Under the pieces are notes generated by a model. The model was not told the DNA's origin, searched no databases, and was given only the letters and a program-made list of their open reading frames with translations. Made by a program: the position numbers and the translations under genes. A DNA stretch of 39,036 bases from a virus: positions 1-39,036 of the IMG/VR virus record IMGVR_UViG_3300045988_121799. The stretch is one strand, 5' to 3'. Positions within the stretch are counted from its first letter, which is position 1. Every line of letters starts with the position of its first letter. This document shows positions 18,300 through 25,387 of the stretch, one piece after another.

Positions 18300-18802
18300 T
18301 ATCCATCACCACGCATCTGCTCTATCAGGTCGGAAAGCTTCGTCTTCTCTTCCTCCAGGCCGGATACTTCCACCCGGTCTTTGAACATGCCAAGGTGCCG
18401 GCCAAGAAGCTCCAGGGCTTTCTCTTTATCGCTCAGTTTAACCTCTATCCCGAACTTTCCCTGCTTGATCCCGGCGATCGCCTTGATCTGGTTCTCAGAA
18501 AGTCCGGCGGTATCTTTTATGAACACCTGATCATCTTTCACTTCCGCATAATCCGTAGCCCTGGCAAAGGCTATAGCCGCAAGCTCCTCCAGAACCCTGT
18601 CCTGGGTAATCTCCGTGCGCTCCTGCCGGACCTGCATGCGCTCTGCGATATATTCCGCGACGTTAGCATTTGTTAGCATTCTACTACCATTTGCCCTCGC
18701 CACCTCATCCTTCTTCACCGACGGATACGCCTTCCGGTAAGCCCGTGTGGCATTTAAGTCGATGAGGTACTCATCTGCAAAAATCTTCTGTTTTTCTGTC
18801 AC
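18299..18802 (-). CDS. terS: Terminase small subunit (Terminase_2/P27-like)
   Basis: The N-terminus KQKIFADEYLIDLNATRAYRKAYPS is the typical HTH signature of this family. GTG start with an upstream GAAGGTGAG. Confidence 0.85.
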   Translation of the reverse strand: MTEKQKIFADEYLIDLNATRAYRKAYPSVKKDEVARANGSRMLTNANVAEYIAERMQVRQERTEITQDRVLEELAAIAFARATDYAEVKDDQVFIKDTAGLSENQIKAIAGIKQGKFGIEVKLSDKEKALELLGRHLGMFKDRVEVSGLEEEKTKLSDLIEQMRGDG

Positions 18803-18828
18803 TGGAACTCACCTTCTTTCTGGTACAG

Positions 18829-18851
18829 AAAAAGCAGCCTCGGAGGACTGC
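18829..18851 (-). terminator. Rho-independent terminator after the 140-aa gene
   Basis: Minus strand: GCAG(u)CC - uccga - GGCUGC followed by UUUUU. Confidence 0.6.
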
Positions 18852-18863
18852 TCTATTTTTACA

Positions 18864-19286
18864 TCATAGACTGGTTATATAAATTGGCTTTTCTTTTACT
18901 GTAAAGGTATCTCCCTTTATTTCACTCATTTCGATACTTAAATCTTTTTCCTTCCTGCTTAACCTGTGAAGCATATATTTTACCAAAAGATCACCATTGG
19001 AATATTTGTCAAGTTCTAACTTTTCAGTCAGTTCTCGGATGCTCTGTTCTTCACACATTTTCTTGCAGATCTCAGACCTAATCTCGTTTTCATATCTTTC
19101 GACAAATGGTCTTAAAAATTGTTTGCCATTTTCCGTGGCAATATGACACTCTTCATCTTCAAAATATCCGGCTTCATAAAATTCTTTCAGCTCGCTATCA
19201 ATGGTAACATCTCCACACTTTCTAAACATAGGCGCTGTATGATCTAATGCAAGAAGAATCATATCAATAATTTTTTCATCTGTCAT
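18864..19286 (-). CDS. Hypothetical protein, 140 aa (moron; AT-rich)
   Basis: ORF with a GGGAGGA RBS and visibly lower GC than its neighbours. It is flanked by terminators on both sides. No recognisable motif. Confidence 0.7.
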   Translation of the reverse strand: MTDEKIIDMILLALDHTAPMFRKCGDVTIDSELKEFYEAGYFEDEECHIATENGKQFLRPFVERYENEIRSEICKKMCEEQSIRELTEKLELDKYSNGDLLVKYMLHRLSRKEKDLSIEMSEIKGDTFTVKEKPIYITSL

Positions 19287-19324
19287 TTTTCAATCCTCCC
19301 ATATACATTTTCTTTTATCATACT

Positions 19325-19353
19325 ACAAAACGCCCTGCATTTCTACAGGACGT
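19325..19353 (-). terminator. Rho-independent terminator after the tRNA pair
   Basis: Minus strand: ACGUCCUG - uagaaaug - CAGGGCGU (8 bp including one G-U) followed by UUUUG. Confidence 0.6.
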
Positions 19354-19405
19354 TTCAAAAATATATTATGAGGGATTTGGGATTATCTTCTCCGTCACGG
19401 AGAAA

Positions 19406-19479
19406 TCGGAACAGAAGGACTTGAACCTACGTTTCACCGGACTATATCCAGCTGCTCTGCCCAACTAAGCTATGTTCCG
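19406..19479 (-). tRNA. tRNA-like gene, degenerate paralogue of the adjacent tRNA; anticodon loop AUAUAGU (formal anticodon AUA)
   Basis: Hand-folded cloverleaf:
- Acceptor CGGAACA/UGUUCCG, U8, D stem GCUU/GAGC with GG in the loop.
- Anticodon stem GCUGG/CCGGU with two G-U pairs.
- 5-nt variable loop.
- T arm GUAGG-UUCAAGU-CCUUC with a U-U mismatch.
- Discriminator A; no encoded CCA. Confidence 0.6.
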
Positions 19480-19600
19480 TTGCGATGGCACTTGAGGATT
19501 GCTCCCACGGCGGCCATCGTGCCGTTCTGCCAACTACTTTTACGAAGGAAAGAATGAAAACTTTGAGGGATCCAGCAAAGCTGCTCTCTTGCCTTGCTGA

Positions 19601-19672
19601 TCGGAACAGAAGGACTCGAACCTCCACCACGCTGGATATAAGCCAGCTGCTCTCCCGCTGAGCTATGTTCCG
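19601..19672 (-). tRNA. tRNA with anticodon UAU (reads AUA, Ile-type by anticodon)
   Basis: Hand-folded cloverleaf:
- Acceptor CGGAACA/UGUUCCG.
- D stem GCUC/GAGC.
- Anticodon stem GCUGG/CCAGC with loop CUUAUAU.
- Variable loop GUGGU.
- T arm GGAGG-UUCGAGU-CCUUC.
- Discriminator A; no encoded CCA. Confidence 0.8.
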
Positions 19673-19675
19673 AAG

Positions 19676-19705
19676 TCCATCAGGCCGCGCACTTGGCCTG
19701 ATGGA
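19676..19705 (-). other. Perfect 11-bp stem-loop 3 nt upstream of the first tRNA
   Basis: tccatcaggcc - gcgcactt - ggcctgatgga. There is no U-tract on the transcribed (minus) strand. Confidence 0.6.
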
Positions 19706-19823
19706 TATTTAGTTTTTTGAAAAATCACGGTTCATGGCAATCCGCAATCAAAGCCGCCGCCCCGGTGGGCCTTTGGCTTCATTTTTATTATATAACGGCA
19801 CTTCCGGCATAAACGGCCTTTTT

Positions 19824-20240
19824 TTATAATATTTTGTGCTCTTCAAGATATTTATCTCGAATGTGTCTCCTCGGATAGTCCGGATTATCATATCCCACTT
19901 TCATAGCAACCTGATCCCAGTTCATACCATCCGTATAATATGCTCTGAATACAGCCCGGGTACAAACATCCTCAATATCTTCAATCCACTGTCCGATAGC
20001 CTTGGCTTTTTCTTTTTTGTTCTGTAATGCCTGCTTTCTTCGATTGTACCGTTCCTGATCAAAACCTACTACCGTCTCGGGCTTCTTTGTTCCGTTTTTC
20101 CCATTCAAAATTACCGAATTTCCCATGCCCTTTTCTGTCATCCACATTTCTTCCAGCTCATACTCCAGGAGCGGTATATCTCTTTTTAACATTTTCCGAT
20201 ATTCTTCTAGGAGTTTTCTTGTAATTTTTATCTTTCCCAT
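19824..20240 (-). CDS. Putative late-gene transcriptional activator (sigma-70 region-4 / RinA-ArpU-like)
   Basis: The C-terminal segment RAVFRAYYTDGMNWDQVAMKVGYDNPDYPRRHIRDKY resembles sigma r4-type HTH late regulators. It is the last gene before the tRNAs and terS. The ATG at 20240 is preceded by GGAAGGTGAGG. Confidence 0.55.
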   Translation of the reverse strand: MGKIKITRKLLEEYRKMLKRDIPLLEYELEEMWMTEKGMGNSVILNGKNGTKKPETVVGFDQERYNRRKQALQNKKEKAKAIGQWIEDIEDVCTRAVFRAYYTDGMNWDQVAMKVGYDNPDYPRRHIRDKYLEEHKIL

Positions 20241-20562
20241 CGGCCTCACCTTCCTTTCCTTCTACCCAATGTTTCATGCGTGCCAGAATTTCCCTCTTGG
20301 CAGCCTCATATCCTGCTTGATAACCACGGTCATACTCATCACTTTTTACTGTTCCATTTTCAAACAATGTATCAATCGGAACATTCAACGCAGTGCTAAT
20401 TTTAGTCAACATTTTTGAACTGGGATTCATTCTATTATTTTCATATGCACTAATCAGTTGCTGGTTACTTCCGAGAATATCGCCGAGTTTTTCCTGTGTC
20501 ATTCCCGCCGCTTCTCTTATTCTTTTTATATTTTTTCCGATGCTGTTTTCATCCCTACTCAT
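20158..20562 (-). CDS. XRE-family HTH DNA-binding protein
   Basis: IGKNIKRIREAAGMTQEKLGDILGSNQQLISAYENNR is a classic HTH_3 motif. The ATG at 20562 has a GGTGGA RBS. The 3' 83 nt overlap the next gene. Confidence 0.75.
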   Translation of the reverse strand: MSRDENSIGKNIKRIREAAGMTQEKLGDILGSNQQLISAYENNRMNPSSKMLTKISTALNVPIDTLFENGTVKSDEYDRGYQAGYEAAKREILARMKHWVEGKEGEADGKDKNYKKTPRRISENVKKRYTAPGV

Positions 20563-20609
20563 ACACTTTCCACCCTTTCCTGGTCTTCCCACCGGCTCTC
20601 CTGCCATAT

Positions 20610-20975
20610 TCAAATCTCCTTTCGCATGTACTCCTGATTCTTTTTCAGGCGTTCGATAATCCGATCCGCTTTCTGGCTTTCCCTCCTGAAGAATCGCCAG
20701 AAAGTTTCATGCCGGCGGTACTGCTCCGTGCCAGGCAGGCCTTTATCCATAGCTTCTTTGTGTTTTGTGACCTGCTCTGAACAATATTCCACATAATATT
20801 TCATCTCTTTCAGATTCTCGTCAAGCCATGTGATGATCTCTTTCATATGTGCTTCCTGACAATTGCTCATTCGGATCACGTCCTTTAACTTTTTCATATC
20901 CTGCTGCGTTGCCGGAAAAAATGCATCCAGTTCCACGGTCATACGACCGTTTGGATATTTGATTATCATCGTCAT
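20610..20975 (-). CDS. Hypothetical protein, 121 aa
   Basis: ORF track; contiguous with the SNF2 gene. No motif recognised. Confidence 0.6.
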   Translation of the reverse strand: MTMIIKYPNGRMTVELDAFFPATQQDMKKLKDVIRMSNCQEAHMKEIITWLDENLKEMKYYVEYCSEQVTKHKEAMDKGLPGTEQYRRHETFWRFFRRESQKADRIIERLKKNQEYMRKEI

Positions 20976-22361
20976 TTATTTTCCCTCCCGTATCGCTTTG
21001 ATTCTTGCTTTCAGGCTCTGCATGACCCAGTTCTGAACGTCATCCTTTCGTTCCAAGGCCTGCATGACATCCTCGTCCCGTGTCTCACTGCAGATCAGAT
21101 GATGTATGATCACCTTTTCCGTCTGACCTTGCCGGTGGAGACGCTTATTCGCCTGCGTGTATAATTCATAATTCCAGGTAAGGCCGAACCAGATCACATG
21201 GTTTCCGCCATGCTGCAGGTTTAACCCATATGCCGCGCTTGCCGGATGAGCCAGAAGGATATCGATCTTCCCGTTATTCCAGTCATCCTCATCTGCCGGC
21301 TTTTTCAGTTCCCGGACCCGGAGCCTTGTCTTCTGCAATGCCGCCAGGATCCTTTCCCGATCATGCTGGAAATTGTAAAATACCAGTGCCGGCTTTCCCT
21401 GGAGACTTTCTATCAGCTCCATGAAAGCCTCGATCTTACAGTTATGTATCTCATGCGCCTGATGGTCATCGTCATACAATGCCCCGTTGGCCAGCTGTAA
21501 GAGCTTATTGCTCAATGCCGCCTCACTTGTCACACTGATATCCTCCTCGTCGTCCGGGAGTTCCAGGATCATCTTCCGTTCCAGATCGGTATAGGCCTTC
21601 TGTGCCTTCGGATCCAGAACGACGGGGATCTCGTGGTAAATGATATCCGGAAGCTGCAGGTAATCTTCTGCCTTCATGCTTATGCAGATGTCTGATATCT
21701 GCTGAAGAATGCTGCCTTCACTTCCCGGTTTTGCTTTGTAATCATAAACCATCCCATCTGCGCCTCGACGGCCAGGATCAAAATAGCGCTCCCGGAACTG
21801 GGTGTATCTCCTTCCCAGGCGTTCGCCTCCATCAAGAAGAAATACCTGCGCCCAGAGATCATCCAGGCCATTGGGTGACGGTGTACCCGTAAGTTCCACC
21901 ATCCGGGTGATGTGAGGTCCGACACTCGCCAAAGCCTTGAACCGTTTGGAGCTGTGGCTCTTAAAGCTGCTGGACTCATCGACCACGACCATATCAAAGG
22001 GCCAGCTGTTCCGGTAATAGTCCACCAGCCAACAGACGTTCTCCCGGTTAGTGATGTAAATATCGGCTGGTGTATTCAGTGCCCGGATTCGTTTCGTCTG
22101 GCTTCCCAGGACGGGTGAAACCCTGAGGATCTGCGTGTGATCCCATTTGTCCTTCTCTCTGGTCCAGGTTCCCTCGGCCACTTTCTTCGGGGCGATCACC
22201 AGAACTTTCCGGACAAGAAACCGGTCATACTTCAGAATCCGGATAGCCGTCAGCGTCGTAATGGTCTTACCTAAACCCATATCCAGAAAAAGCCCCAGTT
22301 TTTCAATTTCCAAGATTTTGCTGATGCAGTGCTGCTGGTAAGCATGTGGTTTAAAAATCAT
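20976..22361 (-). CDS. SNF2/DEAD-like helicase
   Basis: Motif I LDMGLGKT, motif II VVDESSSFKS and LTGTPSPNGLDDLW, plus C-terminal helicase motifs (RLHRQGQ). Confidence 0.9.
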   Translation of the reverse strand: MIFKPHAYQQHCISKILEIEKLGLFLDMGLGKTITTLTAIRILKYDRFLVRKVLVIAPKKVAEGTWTREKDKWDHTQILRVSPVLGSQTKRIRALNTPADIYITNRENVCWLVDYYRNSWPFDMVVVDESSSFKSHSSKRFKALASVGPHITRMVELTGTPSPNGLDDLWAQVFLLDGGERLGRRYTQFRERYFDPGRRGADGMVYDYKAKPGSEGSILQQISDICISMKAEDYLQLPDIIYHEIPVVLDPKAQKAYTDLERKMILELPDDEEDISVTSEAALSNKLLQLANGALYDDDHQAHEIHNCKIEAFMELIESLQGKPALVFYNFQHDRERILAALQKTRLRVRELKKPADEDDWNNGKIDILLAHPASAAYGLNLQHGGNHVIWFGLTWNYELYTQANKRLHRQGQTEKVIIHHLICSETRDEDVMQALERKDDVQNWVMQSLKARIKAIREGK

Positions 22362-22372
22362 TTTCCTGCCCC

Positions 22373-22693
22373 TTACTCCAGGTCATACCTTGCGGCTATC
22401 CTCGACGCCGTATCCATATAGCCCAGGTCCTGGAAAAACATTTTTACTCCCTGGATGCCTTTCACCACTTCCACCCACTGACCTAATTTTTTCAGACGGT
22501 CAATCTGAATCTTCTGTAGCGGGCTCAGCCGTCCGGTATCCGTTTTCAGTTCCACAAAGATCACCCTGGTGTCCGGCAGGAATACGATCCGGTCCGGTAC
22601 CCCGTCATTGCCGGGGCTTGTCCACTTATAGGCTCTTCCGCCCAAGCGTTTAACCTCTTCCACGAGGACTCGCTCAATTTCGCTCTCTTTCAT
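22373..22693 (-). CDS. VRR-NUC domain nuclease
   Basis: GVPDRIVFLP ... FVELK ... LSPLQKIQI pattern (PD-(D/E)XK of the VRR-NUC type). The ATG at 22693 follows AGGGAGG. Confidence 0.85.
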   Translation of the reverse strand: MKESEIERVLVEEVKRLGGRAYKWTSPGNDGVPDRIVFLPDTRVIFVELKTDTGRLSPLQKIQIDRLKKLGQWVEVVKGIQGVKMFFQDLGYMDTASRIAARYDLE

Positions 22694-22819
22694 TCTGCAT
22701 ACCTCCCTTTCGTTTATTTTGTGCAACAAACTCGCGCGCGTATGTGTTACTTTTAATTAGGCGCGTTAGGCGCGCACAGGCTATTGTTTATCACCTATTT
22801 TTTCTTTATATTAGATATT

Positions 22820-22977
22820 TTGTTGACATTGTTGACATATATTAGATTTTATTGGATTTCTGCGTGTTTCACATGTCTACAAACGCGTCAACATTAAAAA
22901 AGAAATTGTTGACATTGTTGACGCCCTTAATTTTTGTCTGTTGACATTGTTGACGATTCTGAGCCCATTTGTTGACA
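22820..22977 (+). repeat. Iteron array: seven direct copies of (T/C)TGTTGAC(A/G) plus one inverted GTTGAC
   Basis: Direct copies are at 22820-28, 22829-37, 22906-14, 22915-23, 22938-46, 22947-55 and 22969-77. The inverted hexamer is at 22887-92. The last three copies lie inside the primase 3' coding end. Confidence 0.85.
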
Positions 22978-25374
22978 TCTAAGAAATCCTCTTTGTGTCC
23001 CGTGTGGGCCATATCTTCCTGACGACTTTTCCCGTTTCCATCCTCGTAATCCCCCTAGTATACTGTTGATCTCCACACTATCCCTTCTTTGCATAAACCG
23101 TGGATCTCCGCCAAAACATTCCGCCCAGATCTCCATCGCACACACTCTCTGACGTTCCGCCATCGGTTCCTGGATTCCGTGTAGCTGGCCATTCCAGAAC
23201 ATCCTTCGCTTCGTCAGGTCATAAGTGTTCCAGCTTGCAGGAATCTTCTTTTCCAGAAAATCCCGGATGATCCCCTCTTTTGCTGAGGTCTCCCGGTGTT
23301 CCTCCTGTGCCTCCAACGCAATCGCTTCCTCTTCCTTCGTAAGATACAGTTTTTCGCCCAGCTGCCAGTACACATACGCCTCTGCCCAGATTTGATCCAC
23401 TTCCTTCGGAAGATCTTCCCATACGGATTTCTTTACCGGATGCAACCCTACATCCACGGGCCAGAAGCGCCGGTTTCCGGTTATATCCTTCAAAAATTCC
23501 TGCTCATTTGACGTTCCGAAAAATACGCACCGTCTGGGATATTTCTCCGTTCTCCTGCCGTATGCCGCCCGGTAGATATCACCTGTTTTACTCAAAAACT
23601 GTTTGATCACCTGGGTCTCCTGCTTCGTAAATGCCGTCAGTTCCCCGACCTCGTTGATCCACGTCCCCTGGATCAGCTCTGCTGCTTCCTTCCCTTCGAA
23701 AGTCGTCAGTGAATCGGAAAACCAATCTTTGCCCAGAATTGACAGAAAGGTACTCTTTCCTATTCCCTGGGCGCCCACCAGGATCGTCATGGTATCGAAT
23801 TTCACACCACCGATGATAGCGCGGGCCACAGCGGCGCACAGAGCCTTTCTCATGACTGCACGGGTATAGATATTGTCCTCGGATCCCAGATAGTCTATCA
23901 GAAGCCTATCCAGGCGTTTCTGGCCGTCCCAGACAAGCCCCTGCAGGTATCTTTTCACGTCATTGATCCGGTTCTGGGCACTGCAGATCAGAAGCGCATT
24001 ATCCAGTTTCTCACGACCCGTTAGCCCGTAATAGGTTTCCATATACCGGTAATATCCAGCGTCGTCTACATCCTTCCACCGCCGTTTTTCATCCCGCTGA
24101 TCCCAGGGAAGCTTCCCAAGCACCATCCCACAGCTGGCAAATTCATCGGTTACGATTCTGCCCTTCAAAAGAGGATCATTCTCCAGGATAATCACCATGT
24201 TGTTTATGGTCTTTTCAAAACGTCCATTTCCGTCTTTTGCCAGGCTTGCGATCCAGCTGAGGTCATAATCGTCCTGCCGTGCATCATCCGTCACAGGACC
24301 TTCAAAGGCTTCTCTGGCCTGTTCATAATGCTCCCGGACCATCAGGTCGGACACCGCCTTATCATCCAGTGCCAGCCGACTCATGGACAGGAAGGACGAC
24401 AGCTTATTTACCGGGGTCCCCTCTTTTGCGTCCTTATCTTGATCCCCGTATTTGTGGATCCGGACAAGATCGAAAGCATTGACCAGCTGGCCGGAGCAGG
24501 GATCCGTTGCATGGTGACTGTAAAGGAATAAGTCTCCGTCGTAGACCACCGCCCCGCCTGTCGTAGAGCCTCCTGTATAGGTGTAACGGCCAGGCACCGC
24601 CGTTTCCTCGTAAAGCCCCGGCAGGAACTTGTTCATGGCTTCTACGATGCCATAGGTCCGGCAGAAGGCGCCAATTATGCCACGTTTCGCTGTCGGATCT
24701 TCCTGCTTTGCCAGGCGCCGTTTCTCAATCGCCTCATTTCCTGGTACCTGTGGCCATTGGGAAATATCTGTCCAGTCCCCATACATGCCAAGGATTCCGT
24801 CCAGACTGCAGAACGGGGCATCGTATACCTGATACACATACTCCCCATCACGGGAACAGCTTGGCCAGTACATCAGACGGGTATTTTCAAAAGTAGTCGG
24901 GTCGCACAGCTCTATCCCGATCATAGACGCCAGCTTTCTGGCTACCGGTTCATACTGATCCGCTGTGGAGGTCTTATCCAGCGGGATGATAATACGCAGC
25001 CGTGGCGCATACCCGGCATGTTTCCTCGTGCTGTAGACTACGGCCGCACATCCCAGGCCATTGACCCTTTTCAGCACATCATCCGTCTGCCCGGCGGGGA
25101 TATTGTCCAGATCCAGTGTGACCAGATCTCTGCCTTCCACCTGTCCGGCTTTACGACGGTCATTTAAAAAGGTGCCGCCTACAAATCCGCCCACGTCTTT
25201 CAGTTCCGCCTGCTGTGGCTTACTCATTTTCAAGTAGGCTTCATATGTTTCCGTACTCCGGACAGGAGTTTTCAGCCGGTCCACAAATTCCGACCAGAGG
25301 AGGGAATTTTTCGGCCAATGCGTGGCCTTACGGCTCCCTGCCGTACAGATCCTGATTTCTCTGTTATTCTGCAT
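22927..25374 (-). CDS. DNA primase / helicase (VirE / D5-type, P-loop)
   Basis: 815 aa. Walker A motif GAQGIGKST in the C-terminal half and a primase-polymerase-like N-terminal half. Sits in the canonical position next to the family A polymerase. Confidence 0.85.
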   Translation of the reverse strand: MQNNREIRICTAGSRKATHWPKNSLLWSEFVDRLKTPVRSTETYEAYLKMSKPQQAELKDVGGFVGGTFLNDRRKAGQVEGRDLVTLDLDNIPAGQTDDVLKRVNGLGCAAVVYSTRKHAGYAPRLRIIIPLDKTSTADQYEPVARKLASMIGIELCDPTTFENTRLMYWPSCSRDGEYVYQVYDAPFCSLDGILGMYGDWTDISQWPQVPGNEAIEKRRLAKQEDPTAKRGIIGAFCRTYGIVEAMNKFLPGLYEETAVPGRYTYTGGSTTGGAVVYDGDLFLYSHHATDPCSGQLVNAFDLVRIHKYGDQDKDAKEGTPVNKLSSFLSMSRLALDDKAVSDLMVREHYEQAREAFEGPVTDDARQDDYDLSWIASLAKDGNGRFEKTINNMVIILENDPLLKGRIVTDEFASCGMVLGKLPWDQRDEKRRWKDVDDAGYYRYMETYYGLTGREKLDNALLICSAQNRINDVKRYLQGLVWDGQKRLDRLLIDYLGSEDNIYTRAVMRKALCAAVARAIIGGVKFDTMTILVGAQGIGKSTFLSILGKDWFSDSLTTFEGKEAAELIQGTWINEVGELTAFTKQETQVIKQFLSKTGDIYRAAYGRRTEKYPRRCVFFGTSNEQEFLKDITGNRRFWPVDVGLHPVKKSVWEDLPKEVDQIWAEAYVYWQLGEKLYLTKEEEAIALEAQEEHRETSAKEGIIRDFLEKKIPASWNTYDLTKRRMFWNGQLHGIQEPMAERQRVCAMEIWAECFGGDPRFMQRRDSVEINSILGGLRGWKREKSSGRYGPHGTQRGFLRCQQMGSESSTMSTDKN

Positions 25375-25387
25375 CCTGTTCCTCCTC

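Noticed and set aside
19480-19600. Possible third tRNA in the 121-nt spacer between the two tRNAs
   Set aside because: It contains a 7-bp stem (cgatggc/gccatcg) and the 9-bp post-tRNA hairpin. There is no T-arm (GTTCRANY) or D-arm signature, and no cloverleaf could be drawn.
19442-19630. 62-aa minus-strand ORF in the ORF track
   Set aside because: It spans the two tRNA genes and their spacer. The region folds into cloverleafs and hairpins and has no RBS.
22781-22799. DnaA-box-like TTATCACCT near the iterons
   Set aside because: It matches the TTATCCACA consensus only partially and occurs once. That is not enough to claim a host DnaA site.
22820-22977. Could the TTGTTGACA repeats be a CRISPR array?
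   Set aside because: The units are only 9 bp. They are mostly back-to-back, without unique spacers of regular length, and there are no cas genes. Iterons are the better description.
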